A stretch of 64,000 bases of DNA. Origin: Akkermansia sp. (lineage in GTDB: Bacteria; Verrucomicrobiota; Verrucomicrobiia; Limisphaerales; SIBH01). Each line of letters begins with the position of its first letter. Positions within the stretch are counted from its first letter, which is position 1. Under the pieces are notes generated by a model that ran no database searches, had not been told where the DNA came from, and saw nothing but the letters and a program-made list of their open reading frames with translations. Positions 1 to 8,900 of this stretch are shown piece after piece. The translations under genes and the position numbers were made by a program. The stretch lies in NCBI GenBank assembly GCA_043757045.1, contig JAYVQC010000097.1, forward strand, positions 365 through 64,364, written 5' to 3'.

Positions 1-323
1 CCTTGTGAATCTTTGAAGGGCGCGTCAATGGCGGTGCGCCAGAGTTCTTTTCCGTCGCGGGTGCTGACGGCGCGCAACGTCTCCTGCCCGTCCTGCGTGT
101 CGAAGAGGAACGCCTGGCCACCTGCAACCACGGGCGAGGCCAGACCGTCGCCCGCCTTGATGCGCCAGAGAACTTTCGGCTCGGCGGGAAGTTTCTCGAT
201 GAGCTTCGCATCGGGAGAGGCATGGCCATCGCGTGCCGGTCCGCGCCATTGCGGCCAGTCCGCAGCGGAGACGGTGACGACGGCGCAGAGCGGCAGCGTG
301 AGCAGGGCGCGGGTGAAATTCAT
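1..323 (-). CDS. PQQ-like beta-propeller repeat protein, N-terminal part (gene runs off the window start)
   Basis: Not in the ORF track because there is no stop in the window. Reverse-strand ATG at 323-321 opens MNFTRALLTLPLCAVVTVSAADWPQWRGPARDGHASP...LWRIKAGDGLASPVVAGG. This is a signal peptide plus the DWPQWRG motif, paralogous to the 5236-6387 product ([11 protein letters not shown]). Confidence 0.6.
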   Translation of the reverse strand, partial: MNFTRALLTLPLCAVVTVSAADWPQWRGPARDGHASPDAKLIEKLPAEPKVLWRIKAGDGLASPVVAGGQAFLFDTQDGQETLRAVSTRDGKELWRTAIDAPFKDSQ

Positions 324-400
324 GGGCGTGATTGACGTGTCACACCGCAGGAGCGTCAAGGAACAAGTCGGTGCAGGTGCTCAAGGGGCTAGTTCGGGGT

Positions 401-3400
401 CTAGGGCCGCTGGGTCGGCACCGTCTTGTGCCGCTCGGGAAATTCATCGTCTGCGTGCAACGGGTTGCCCGCCGGATCAATCAGCCGGGGCGTGATGAAG
501 TAGATGAGTTCCTTCTCCGTGTAGTTCGTGGTGAGGACGCCGTTCTCGGCGCGGTCACGCTGCATGGTTCGCGCGCTGCCCGCGCCGATCATCAACGTCT
601 GCCCGTCCCAGACCATCGCCGAGGTCGCGACCTGGCGCAGACGGAATTTCGGCAATGGTACGGGCGAGGTCACGCCATTCACCTGCGCGGCTCCGCCGAT
701 GGCGGGCTGCACGGTCTGAGGATCTTCGTAGCCCAGAAATTCTTTCAGAGAAGGAAGGACTGTCATCAGAATCGTGTAGCCGTCGGGCTGCACGTAAGGC
801 ACCACGTCAAGCACGGGTCCCAGTTCAAACGGTTCGGCAATGGGCAGGATTTCCGGCTGCCGCTTGGTGGCATTGGTCGCGCCGATGTCCAGCCCCGTGA
901 CGACGTATTGGATATCCACCACTTTGATCTGCGCCTGCCGTCCGCTCAGGGTCGTGATCGTCGGCGCGTCCAGCAACTCCGTCCCGCCCCGATGCTCCAG
1001 CGCGCGCACCACGTCGCGAAACTGCCAGTCGGTGAGAATGCCGGTGATGGTCGGAACCCGTGCGTTTGAATCCGCCCGGCTCCGTGGCGGCGGATTGGTC
1101 AACACCGTGCCAAGAAACCAGTCGAAGCCCTGCGCGGCATTCGTCTTGGCGATCTCGAACACTTTCACGCGGATGTTCAACTGCGGCGGAGTCATGTTCA
1201 GCAACTGCACCGCCTTCTCGATGGTATCCAGTTCCGATGCGGTGGCGCGCACCATGATCATGCTCACGCGATCCTTGTAGAACACGGCCCGCCCCGGCGC
1301 GCTCAAATCCACGCCGGCCAGCTCGAATAATTTCTGCACGCGCTGCATGACGGAATTGGTGTCGTAGGGATTAAAGACCGGCTTCTTCTCACCGGTCCGT
1401 TGGTTCAATCCTGAGATAGATTTTAATCCTTCCTCCAACGTGTTCGGGTCCACCTTGAAAAACCGCGTCTGGAGATTGGTGGAGCTCGTCTCCTGAACTT
1501 GATTCGTCCACGAGTCCATCGGCTCCATCTTCAACTTCAACTCCTTCAACCTTGCTCGGACCGCCAGTTCCCGCGCGTTCACCAAGTCCAGATAGTAGAG
1601 CGCGCCCTGATTCTTCGGACTGAGCAGCAGCGCGGCTTGCAGATTCGTGCGCGCGGCTTGCAACTGGCCGGTCTCGTAGAAAACCTTTCCCGTCTGAACC
1701 AACCCAGCCGCTTCGATCTGCATTTCTTCAGTGATATTGCCCAGCCCGCCCGCCACCGCTCCGCCCGCCCGGACTTCGGCGCCTGACTTAATGCCGAACG
1801 GTTGCAGCGCCTTCTCAATCACGTCCAAGTCTTCCAGTGTCGCGCGGATCATCAGCAGCCCGAGCTTGTCATTGTAGAAGACCGCCTTGCCTGGTTCGGT
1901 CAATTCCACTCCCAAGGACTTCAACCAGTTTCGCGTTCCGGGAGTCACCACTTCAGCCGGTGTGACTTCGGTCAGAAAACGAATGCCGTTGGTGACCTTG
2001 AAGTCAGCAGGCCGTCCAACGCCAACATCATCAGGCGTCTTCGCAGAAGCGTTGGTCAGTTCGCGTGGTATGGATTGGAGCGCGCGCTGAAAGTCGTTTG
2101 AGTTCATGCGAAAGAATCGCGTGTGCAGCGGTGTCGGTTCATTACCCGCAGGAGAGATGAGGACGCCGTAGTCTTCGACCGAATACTTGATTCGCCTTTC
2201 CGCGATTTTCATCACGATGTTCAGCACTTCCTCGGCGCTCAGGTTGTAGAGCTTCGTGCCCAGACGAACCGTGGTGGGGTTCAAATCGATCGGCTCATTT
2301 GTTGGCGCGATGGGCAGGCCGGAGGCACCAAGTCCGGTGGGCTGCGAAGCGGGGATCGGACTGCTGAGGATGAAATTCACGCCTTGGTGTTCAGGATCGA
2401 TCCGGCGGGTCTCTGCGGACAAACCACGGATCACTTCACTAAGCGGCAGGTTGTCGAGCGGTCCCCACTCGCTCAGGCGAATGCTGCGGAGCTTGTCGTA
2501 AATCTGCTGGCGCTTCGCGCTCGTCTGCAAGCGTGTTCCCGCGCGGCTTGGCTCCTGGTTGCTGAAGAACCTTCCGAAGAGAGGAATGTCGCTGAGGTTG
2601 GAAGCAGTCAGCGAGTTTGTCGTGGTGGCAGTGGGCGCAACCCGTTTCACCTCGGCAGATTCAGCAGCCGCCGCGAACGCGCTGCCGAGAATGGAACTGC
2701 GCCAGGCACCGCCGCGCGGCTCATCAGACTTCAGCACCGCCGCCATGCCCAGCCACAGCAGCGCGGCGCCAACCATCGGCACGATAAGCCGCAGATACCA
2801 AGGCACCGGACGGCTGAGGCGTGCGTGCGGTCCGAGTTGCAGCAAGCGCTCCACGCGCTGGCCCAGCGCGCTGCGGAAACCGCCGCCATCCATGCCGAGC
2901 CAGGTGGTGAGCGCGGGGCGGCGCAGTTCCTTCGCGCAGGCCACGAGACATTCCGCGAGGCGATCCGGTCCGTCCGCGAGGAGCAGGCTGGCTTCGTCCG
3001 CGACGAGTTCGCTGGCGTGATCCAGTTCGCGCTTGGCCAGCCACACGAGGGGATGCCACCACAGCACGGCGCAGGCAAATTGACTGAAGCAGCGCCACGC
3101 CGAATCAAACCCCGCGACGTGCGCCAACTCATGCGCCAACGCCGCGTCTTGTTGCGCGGGCGTGAAGGTTTCGGAGAAACGTGTGGGCAGCACAATCACC
3201 GGACGCCACACGCCGAACGTGAACGGCGCGAGTGCCCGCGCGTTGGTGAGCAGCGCGACCTTGCGGCGAATGCCGAGCGTCTGCGCGATGCGTTGGGCGC
3301 GTTGTGTCAAAGCATTGGAGCTGCGGACAGCCATGTCCGCAGTCCCTTCTATGGTGTTGGCGTCCAGCGGACATGGCTGTCCGCTGCTCCGATGGGAGGC

Positions 3401-3865
3401 GAGCCTCAGCGCGATGGCCATCGCTTGCGCGATTAGCAGGCGAAACAAAATCAGTGCGGCGACCCCGGCCCAAATCAACACCGGCCAGACGGCGTGTTGT
3501 TGCCAGCGTGAAGGACGCGGCGCGGGCCTTGGCACTGTCATGGTCAGCGGCGGGGCTTCGGTCATCAGTTGGTCGCGAAACCATTCCGAGTCCGGCTCCA
3601 CATCCTGCAAGGTCACGACCACCTTCTTCTCGACGAGCGGCGAAGATTTTTTCTCCGGCAGCCGCAGCCATCCGCGCACGCCGTTCAACTCCCCCACAAC
3701 AACCAGCAGCATCGCGAGCAGGGACATTTGCCAGAGCGCGCGTCGCCACACCGCCGAACGCAGTCGCAGGCTCACCAGTTTCGCGACAGCGAAGATGACT
3801 ACGAGTTCCAACGCCAGCGTGCCGCCGAACTGGAACCATTCCCGCAGAGTCGACCACGCGTTCAT
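401..3865 (-). CDS. BlaR1-type M56 peptidase signal transducer fused to a C-terminal secretin (GspD/PilQ-like) domain
   Basis: 1154-aa ORF with N-terminal TM helices and the zinc motif ALAHELAHVAGFD (HExxH) of the M56/BlaR1 family, followed by a later TM (LIVPMVGAALLWLGMAAVL). Then come two secretin-N-like modules (AVFYNDKLGLLMIRATLEDLDVIEKAL; AVFYKDRVSMIMVRATASELDTIEKAV). The secretin core follows (ITTLSGRQAQIKVVD...LDVVPYVQPDGYTILMTV...ELIYFITPRLIDP). It overlaps the upstream blaI-like gene by 4 nt. Confidence 0.85.
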   Translation of the reverse strand: MNAWSTLREWFQFGGTLALELVVIFAVAKLVSLRLRSAVWRRALWQMSLLAMLLVVVGELNGVRGWLRLPEKKSSPLVEKKVVVTLQDVEPDSEWFRDQLMTEAPPLTMTVPRPAPRPSRWQQHAVWPVLIWAGVAALILFRLLIAQAMAIALRLASHRSSGQPCPLDANTIEGTADMAVRSSNALTQRAQRIAQTLGIRRKVALLTNARALAPFTFGVWRPVIVLPTRFSETFTPAQQDAALAHELAHVAGFDSAWRCFSQFACAVLWWHPLVWLAKRELDHASELVADEASLLLADGPDRLAECLVACAKELRRPALTTWLGMDGGGFRSALGQRVERLLQLGPHARLSRPVPWYLRLIVPMVGAALLWLGMAAVLKSDEPRGGAWRSSILGSAFAAAAESAEVKRVAPTATTTNSLTASNLSDIPLFGRFFSNQEPSRAGTRLQTSAKRQQIYDKLRSIRLSEWGPLDNLPLSEVIRGLSAETRRIDPEHQGVNFILSSPIPASQPTGLGASGLPIAPTNEPIDLNPTTVRLGTKLYNLSAEEVLNIVMKIAERRIKYSVEDYGVLISPAGNEPTPLHTRFFRMNSNDFQRALQSIPRELTNASAKTPDDVGVGRPADFKVTNGIRFLTEVTPAEVVTPGTRNWLKSLGVELTEPGKAVFYNDKLGLLMIRATLEDLDVIEKALQPFGIKSGAEVRAGGAVAGGLGNITEEMQIEAAGLVQTGKVFYETGQLQAARTNLQAALLLSPKNQGALYYLDLVNARELAVRARLKELKLKMEPMDSWTNQVQETSSTNLQTRFFKVDPNTLEEGLKSISGLNQRTGEKKPVFNPYDTNSVMQRVQKLFELAGVDLSAPGRAVFYKDRVSMIMVRATASELDTIEKAVQLLNMTPPQLNIRVKVFEIAKTNAAQGFDWFLGTVLTNPPPRSRADSNARVPTITGILTDWQFRDVVRALEHRGGTELLDAPTITTLSGRQAQIKVVDIQYVVTGLDIGATNATKRQPEILPIAEPFELGPVLDVVPYVQPDGYTILMTVLPSLKEFLGYEDPQTVQPAIGGAAQVNGVTSPVPLPKFRLRQVATSAMVWDGQTLMIGAGSARTMQRDRAENGVLTTNYTEKELIYFITPRLIDPAGNPLHADDEFPERHKTVPTQRP
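3321..3388. repeat. Double-hairpin element (GCGGAC-N6-GTCCGC x2), copy inside the BlaR1-like ORF
   Basis: gcggacagccatgtccgc (3323-3340) and its reverse complement gcggacatggctgtccgc (3368-3385). Same organisation as 52018-52085. Confidence 0.8.
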
Positions 3866-4248
3866 TTGGATTTTTTCCTCTCGGCGATGAGCTTCTCGAT
3901 CTTCGCCAGTTCGGCGCGGCTCACTTCGCGCGTGTCGAGCAGGTGCGAGACGAGGTCGGCCAAGCTGCCCTCGAAGAAGCGGTTAATGAGGTGCTCGGAG
4001 TTGCTGCTGGTCACGGTGTGGGCATCAATGGCCGCGCGGTAGATGAAGGCGCGCCCGTCCACGCGATGCGCCACGAGTCCGCGCGCTTCCATCTTGCGCA
4101 GCATGGTGGCGATGGTGGTGTAGGCGAGGGCGCGTTCCTTGCTGATGTCGGTGAACACGTCGCTCACGCCGCATTCGCCGCGCTGCCAGAGCACTTGCAT
4201 GATCTGGAGCTGGAGATCGCCGAGTCGGTGGGTCTTTTGTTTGGGCAT
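3862..4248 (-). CDS. BlaI/MecI/CopY family transcriptional repressor
   Basis: 128 aa with a winged-helix N-terminus (LGDLQLQIMQVLWQRGECGVSDVF...YTTIATMLRKMEARGLV) and a C-terminal dimerisation helix. Translationally coupled to the BlaR1-like gene. Confidence 0.9.
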   Translation of the reverse strand: MPKQKTHRLGDLQLQIMQVLWQRGECGVSDVFTDISKERALAYTTIATMLRKMEARGLVAHRVDGRAFIYRAAIDAHTVTSSNSEHLINRFFEGSLADLVSHLLDTREVSRAELAKIEKLIAERKKSK

Positions 4249-4267
4249 AAAGGTTTCGACAACCGGG

Positions 4268-4290
4268 GTAATACTACCAGGGTAGTTATT
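4268..4290. promoter_or_regulatory. Candidate BlaI-family operator (imperfect inverted repeat) just upstream of the blaI-like start
   Basis: gtaatACTACCagGGTAGTtatt: 6-bp arms ACTACC/GGTAGT with a 2-nt spacer and AT-rich extensions, 20-40 nt upstream of the start codon at 4248. Position and symmetry fit an autoregulated operator. The sequence is not the classical TACA/TGTA box. Confidence 0.3.
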
Positions 4291-4483
4291 GCGTCAAGAA
4301 GGTTTTAATGAGGCCATGACTGCACGCGCTCCAGGTCTTGGTGAATTCCCATTCGATGGCACCATCCCATCCGGAAACCCGGTTGACACGGTGGATCGCG
4401 TGGCTAGCCTGCGAGAACGGTTCGTGCGCCGGAGACGTGGCATTTTGGAATTCCGCCGCCACCGCAACCCTAAGAAATCATTT

Positions 4484-5062
4484 ATGAAAAACATGACCAA
4501 ACGGAGTTTCATCCTCGCCCTGCTGCTGGGGATTGCCATTTTCACGATGCCCACCTCATCTGCGGCGGACAAGAAACTGTTGAACGAAGATGAGTTGATT
4601 GCTGAGCTTGCCGGACCCAACGAGGACCTGGTCGCTAACGCGATGGTGCAGTTGGAAAAACGCTTCCCGACCGGCACCAAGGCGCTGCCTGCGATCAAAA
4701 AGCTGTTGAGCGACCCGCGCGAGAAAGTCCGGCGCAAGGCAGTGCGCGTGCTGGGGGTGCTGCACGCCGAGGTTGACGCCACGGACTTGAAGAACATCAC
4801 GGCCATGTTCGCGGCCAAGAACCCGCTGGAAGTGATCGACGCCTTGAAGGGTCTGAGCGGGCTGAAGGCCGAGAGCACGATTCCAGAAATCCTGCCGTTG
4901 CTTCAAAACCCAACCCGTAACGTCGTGCGCGACGCCATCCGCGCCATCGCCGCGCTTGGCAACAAGAGCCACATCCCGTCCATCGAGCCGCTGCTGAAGC
5001 ATTCGGACGCGGCGGTGAAAAAGGACGCGGCAGACGCAATATTCGCGTTGCAAAAGAAGTAA
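4484..5062 (+). CDS. Secreted HEAT-repeat protein
   Basis: Start trimmed to the ATG at 4484 (MKNMTKRSFILALLLGIAIFTMPTSSAADKK, a signal peptide). HEAT-like repeats follow (LSDPREKVRRKAVRVLG, LQNPTRNVVRDAIRAIAALG, LKHSDAAVKKDAADAI). Confidence 0.7.
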   Translation: MKNMTKRSFILALLLGIAIFTMPTSSAADKKLLNEDELIAELAGPNEDLVANAMVQLEKRFPTGTKALPAIKKLLSDPREKVRRKAVRVLGVLHAEVDATDLKNITAMFAAKNPLEVIDALKGLSGLKAESTIPEILPLLQNPTRNVVRDAIRAIAALGNKSHIPSIEPLLKHSDAAVKKDAADAIFALQKK

Positions 5063-5085
5063 TCGGCCAGCACGGATTGTTTTCA

Positions 5086-5125
5086 GGCGCACCCCGCGAC
5101 CGCGGGACGCGCCTTTTTCTTTTTT
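5086..5125 (+). terminator. Rho-independent terminator after the HEAT-repeat gene
   Basis: GC-rich stem ggcgcaccccgcg-ac-cgcgggacgcgcc followed by tttttctttttt. Confidence 0.5.
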
Positions 5126-5235
5126 ACCATTCAGAGCAGTGAGGCCGCCGGATCCGTCAGGGCGAATGTCTGCCATCACCGCCTTTTGAGTTAATACGTG
5201 TAAGTACAATTCCATTGCGCTTGCACCGGGAGTGA

Positions 5236-6387
5236 TTGATAGTCCGGCCCATCGTGAAAAGAGGACGCCGCCATTTCCACCGTCCACTCGTGCGCGCCGC
5301 GAGCGGCCTGATGCTTTTACTCGCCACGGCGCTGCCGGCGGCGGACTGGCCGCAGTTCCGCGCGAACCCTTCGCTCACCGGCGTCTCCACGGAAAAACTC
5401 CCTGATAAACCCGCGCTGCTCTGGAGCATGAAGACGGGCGGCGAGGTGAAGTCTTCGCCCGCCATTGTCGGCGGCACGGTCTTCATCGGCTCGGCGGACA
5501 GCAATCTTTGGGCGTTCGCGCTGGCGGACGGGAAGAAGTTGTGGACGTACGCGGCGGGCGAACCCATCGAGTCTTCGCCGCTGGTCGTGGATGGAAAAGT
5601 TTTCGTCGGCGACATGTTCGGTGTGTTGCACGCGGTGAACGCCACGAACGGCAAGTCGCTTTGGAAGTACAAGACGGACGACAAGATCGTGGGCGGGGCG
5701 AATTTTTTTCGCGAGGGTGGCGCGTTGAAAATCATCGTGGGCAGCCACGATTACAAACTGCATTGCGTGGACGCGGCCACGGGGAAGAGCAACTGGGTCT
5801 TTGAGTCCGGCAACTACATCAACGGCTCGCCGGCGATTTACGAGGGCAAGACGGTCTTCGGCGGCTGCGACGCGATTCTCCACATCATTGACCTGAAGAC
5901 CGGCGCGAAGGTGAAGGAAGTGGACGGCGGCGCGTACATCGCCGGCTCGGTGGCCATCGCGGATCGCAAGGCGTATTACGGACACTACGAGAATGAGTTT
6001 CTGTGCGTGGATTTGGAGAAGGGCACGAACTCGTGGACGTTCCGCGACCGCGCGTTTCCCTATTTTTCCTCGGCGGCCGTGACGGGCGACCGCGTGGTCT
6101 TCGGTGGACGCGACAAGCGGTTGCACTGCGTCAATCGCGCGGATGGCAAAGAGCTTTGGGCGTTGCCCACGCGCGGCAAGGTGGACAGCTCGCCGGCCAT
6201 CGCCAGCGACAAGATCGTGGTCGGCTCGGACGACGGGCGCGTGTATCTGGTGCGCCTGAGCGACGGCCAGGAATTGTGGAACTACGAAATCGGCCAGCCC
6301 GTGGAAAGCTCGCCCGCTGTGTCTGGAGGCCGGTTCGTCGTCGGGTCGAATGACGGCAGCGTCTATTGTTTTGGAGCGAAGAAATGA
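5236..6387 (+). CDS. PQQ-like beta-propeller repeat protein (BamB-like fold)
   Basis: Signal peptide then [11 protein letters not shown], followed by repeated SSPA-VGG-V/F-GS-DG-L/Y motifs ([78 protein letters not shown]). The track start is TTG 5236; GTG 5254 (MKRGRRHF...) is an alternative. Confidence 0.8.
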   Translation: MIVRPIVKRGRRHFHRPLVRAASGLMLLLATALPAADWPQFRANPSLTGVSTEKLPDKPALLWSMKTGGEVKSSPAIVGGTVFIGSADSNLWAFALADGKKLWTYAAGEPIESSPLVVDGKVFVGDMFGVLHAVNATNGKSLWKYKTDDKIVGGANFFREGGALKIIVGSHDYKLHCVDAATGKSNWVFESGNYINGSPAIYEGKTVFGGCDAILHIIDLKTGAKVKEVDGGAYIAGSVAIADRKAYYGHYENEFLCVDLEKGTNSWTFRDRAFPYFSSAAVTGDRVVFGGRDKRLHCVNRADGKELWALPTRGKVDSSPAIASDKIVVGSDDGRVYLVRLSDGQELWNYEIGQPVESSPAVSGGRFVVGSNDGSVYCFGAKK

Positions 6388-6869
6388 AGCCGAAGGTCTA
6401 TCTCGAAACAACCGTCGTGAGCTACCTCACGGCGCGGCCTTCGCGTGAGGCGATCATGAACGGCATGATCGAGCAGACGAAGAGGTGGTGGGCGGACGAA
6501 CGGCCAGGCTTCGATCTGTTTGTTTCCGATGTGGTTGTGACCGAGGCCGCTGCCGGGGATGCAAATGCTGCGGCCCGTCGTCTGACGGTGCTTAAAGATT
6601 TGGAGACCATCGAGGCTGACGCCGAGGCGAAAGCTCTTGCCGCCGTTCTGTTGGAAAATATGGCGTTGCCTCCGAAAGCAGTGGACGACGCGGCGCACAT
6701 CGCCATCGCCGCTGTCAACGAGATGGATTATCTGCTGACCTGGAATTGTCGGCACATTGCCAACGCGGCGATGCGGCCCAAGCTCGAACACCTGTGCCTG
6801 TCGAAGGGCTATCGTTGTCCGATTATTTGCACGCCACATGAATTGAGGAGACCTGAACATGAAAACTGA
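6384..6869 (+). CDS. PIN-domain (VapC-like) toxin family protein
   Basis: Start trimmed to ATG 6384 (ATGA overlap with the upstream stop). [20 protein letters not shown]...[26 protein letters not shown]...ICTPHEL is the widespread PIN-like family that precedes a small partner ORF. Confidence 0.7.
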   Translation: MKPKVYLETTVVSYLTARPSREAIMNGMIEQTKRWWADERPGFDLFVSDVVVTEAAAGDANAAARRLTVLKDLETIEADAEAKALAAVLLENMALPPKAVDDAAHIAIAAVNEMDYLLTWNCRHIANAAMRPKLEHLCLSKGYRCPIICTPHELRRPEHEN

Positions 6870-7041
6870 CCCGATTCTGGATGAGATTCGCCGCTTCCGC
6901 GACGAGCACGCGAAGAAGTTCAACTACGACCTCGACGCGATCTTTGCCGATCATCAGCGCCACGCCGCTGAACTGAAGAAGCAGGGCTGGAAGTTCGTGA
7001 AGCTGCCGCGCCGTCGCCGTCCCACGGCCAAGGCCGCCTGA
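6859..7041 (+). CDS. Small partner protein of the PIN-like gene (putative antitoxin)
   Basis: 60 aa ([34 protein letters not shown]...). It overlaps the PIN gene end by 11 nt. Gene order is toxin first. Confidence 0.5.
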   Translation: MKTDPILDEIRRFRDEHAKKFNYDLDAIFADHQRHAAELKKQGWKFVKLPRRRRPTAKAA

Positions 7042-7045
7042 AACC

Positions 7046-8395
7046 ATGAGCACCATCACCATCGCCCCCGCGCCGACGCCGACCGCGCCTCCGATGCAGA
7101 AGGAGACGACCGCCGGCAGCTACTTCATCTCGAACTATCCGCCGTTCTCGTTCTGGAAGCCGGAGATAATCCCGCAGTTTCGCGAGGCGTTGGAGCGCGC
7201 GCCGCGGCCGGGCAGCGACCTCGGCCTCTACACGCACATTCCGTTCTGCCGGAAGCGTTGCCACTTCTGCTACTTCAAGGTCTATACGGACAAGGACGCG
7301 GCGGCGATTCGCGGCTACCTCGACGCGGTGTTGAAGGAGCTTACGACCTACGCCAGCAAGCCGGTCATCGGTGGACGCAAGTTGCGCTTCCTTTACTTCG
7401 GCGGCGGCACACCGAGCTATCTCTCGCCCGACCAGTTGAAGTTCCTCACCGATCGGATGAAGCAACTGCTCCCGTGGGACGCGGCGGAGGAAATCACCTT
7501 TGAGGCCGAGCCGGGCACGCTCACCGATCACAAGCTGAGGGCGATTCGCGAGATGGGCGTGACGCGCCTGAGCCTCGGCATCGAGCACTTCGACGATCAC
7601 ATTCTGGAAATCAACGGCCGTGCGCATCGCTCGAAGGAAGTCATGCGCGCCTACAATTACGCGCGCGAGATTGGTTTCCCGCAGGTCAACATTGATCTCA
7701 TCGCGGGCATGGTCGAGGAGACGGAGGACAAGTGGAAGGAAACCGTCGCCAAGGCGCTCGCGCTCCAGCCCGACTCGGTGACGATTTACCAGATGGAAGT
7801 GCCTTACAACACCGGCATCTATCAGCAGATGAAGGCGCAGGGCAAACTCGTCGCGCCCGTGGCCGATTGGGACACGAAGCGCCGCTGGGTTCAGTACGCT
7901 TACGGCGAGTTCGAGAAGATCGGCTACACCGTGACCAGCGCCACGACGGTCGTGAAAGACCCGGCCAAGGTGAAATTCGTCTATCGCGAAGGACTGTTCT
8001 CCAGCGCGGATATTCTTTCCGTCGGCGTCGCGAGCTTCGGGCGGCTCGGTGGTGTGCATTACCAGAACCAGCACGAGTTCGATCCGTATCTCGCCGCCGT
8101 GAACCAAGGTGAGTTGCCCGTCCATCGTGCCTACGTGCCGACGGACGACGAGCATCTCCTCCGCGAGTTCATCCTGCACTTCAAGCTCGGCCAGAACAGC
8201 GTGAGCCATTTCCAGAAAAAGTTCGGCGTGAACGTCCTGGAGCGTTTCGCCGCCCCGCTGCAACGCCTCAAGGACTGGGGCTTCCTGACCATCGAAGGCG
8301 ACACGCTGCGTCTGAACCGCGAAGCGCTGCTCGAAGTGGACCGGCTGCTGCACGAGTTTTTCCTGCCGCAACACCTTACGAACCGGACGACGTAG
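7046..8395 (+). CDS. Radical SAM protein, coproporphyrinogen III oxidase (HemN-like) family
   Basis: CxxxCxxC cluster motif HIPFCRKRCHFCYF, followed by YFGGGTPSYL and HemN-type C-terminal domain features. 449 aa. Confidence 0.85.
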   Translation: MSTITIAPAPTPTAPPMQKETTAGSYFISNYPPFSFWKPEIIPQFREALERAPRPGSDLGLYTHIPFCRKRCHFCYFKVYTDKDAAAIRGYLDAVLKELTTYASKPVIGGRKLRFLYFGGGTPSYLSPDQLKFLTDRMKQLLPWDAAEEITFEAEPGTLTDHKLRAIREMGVTRLSLGIEHFDDHILEINGRAHRSKEVMRAYNYAREIGFPQVNIDLIAGMVEETEDKWKETVAKALALQPDSVTIYQMEVPYNTGIYQQMKAQGKLVAPVADWDTKRRWVQYAYGEFEKIGYTVTSATTVVKDPAKVKFVYREGLFSSADILSVGVASFGRLGGVHYQNQHEFDPYLAAVNQGELPVHRAYVPTDDEHLLREFILHFKLGQNSVSHFQKKFGVNVLERFAAPLQRLKDWGFLTIEGDTLRLNREALLEVDRLLHEFFLPQHLTNRTT

Positions 8396-8396
8396 A

Positions 8397-8900
8397 ATGC
8401 CTGAATCACCGACAACCAGGAAAAGAAAGTTTCCAATGGTCACGGGCGCTGGTGCTGTAGCTTTCGTCTTGTTGCTGATTCCAGGCAACTACATCGCGGC
8501 ACCCGCATGGGATGTTTTGCTTCTTGAGGCCAAGGATCGCCCCGCACCCAATGTCCAAGTGGAGCAGATATGGAGCTACTATTTTGGTGCATTCTCGGAG
8601 GAGCACAATGAGTTGATCAAAAGTGATGAGAATGGGGTTGTGCATCTTCCAAAGCGCATTGTTCGAGTCCCGCGGCTGTTTGCATGGGCTGGTAGTGCCA
8701 TTGGGATATTGAATGTTCACGCGAGTCGTGGCCCGAGTTCTACCGTTTATGTTTCGGAAGATGGCTACGGCAGGAATTCGATACCAGTTGGGCAGGTAAC
8801 TCCCGCGAGCAATGGAGTTCGACGCTCGATCATTGTCATCGGGAAAAGAAGCGGCCTGCAAAAACAAACTTCCGTTGCCTCAGCAACCAATTCGCCATGA
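8397..8900 (+). CDS. Hypothetical membrane-anchored protein (visibly AT-richer ORF)
   Basis: 167-aa ORF with one N-terminal TM (VTGAGAVAFVLLLIPG) and no recognisable motif. Tightly packed between neighbours (2-nt gap upstream, 4-nt overlap downstream). Confidence 0.45.
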   Translation: MPESPTTRKRKFPMVTGAGAVAFVLLLIPGNYIAAPAWDVLLLEAKDRPAPNVQVEQIWSYYFGAFSEEHNELIKSDENGVVHLPKRIVRVPRLFAWAGSAIGILNVHASRGPSSTVYVSEDGYGRNSIPVGQVTPASNGVRRSIIVIGKRSGLQKQTSVASATNSP

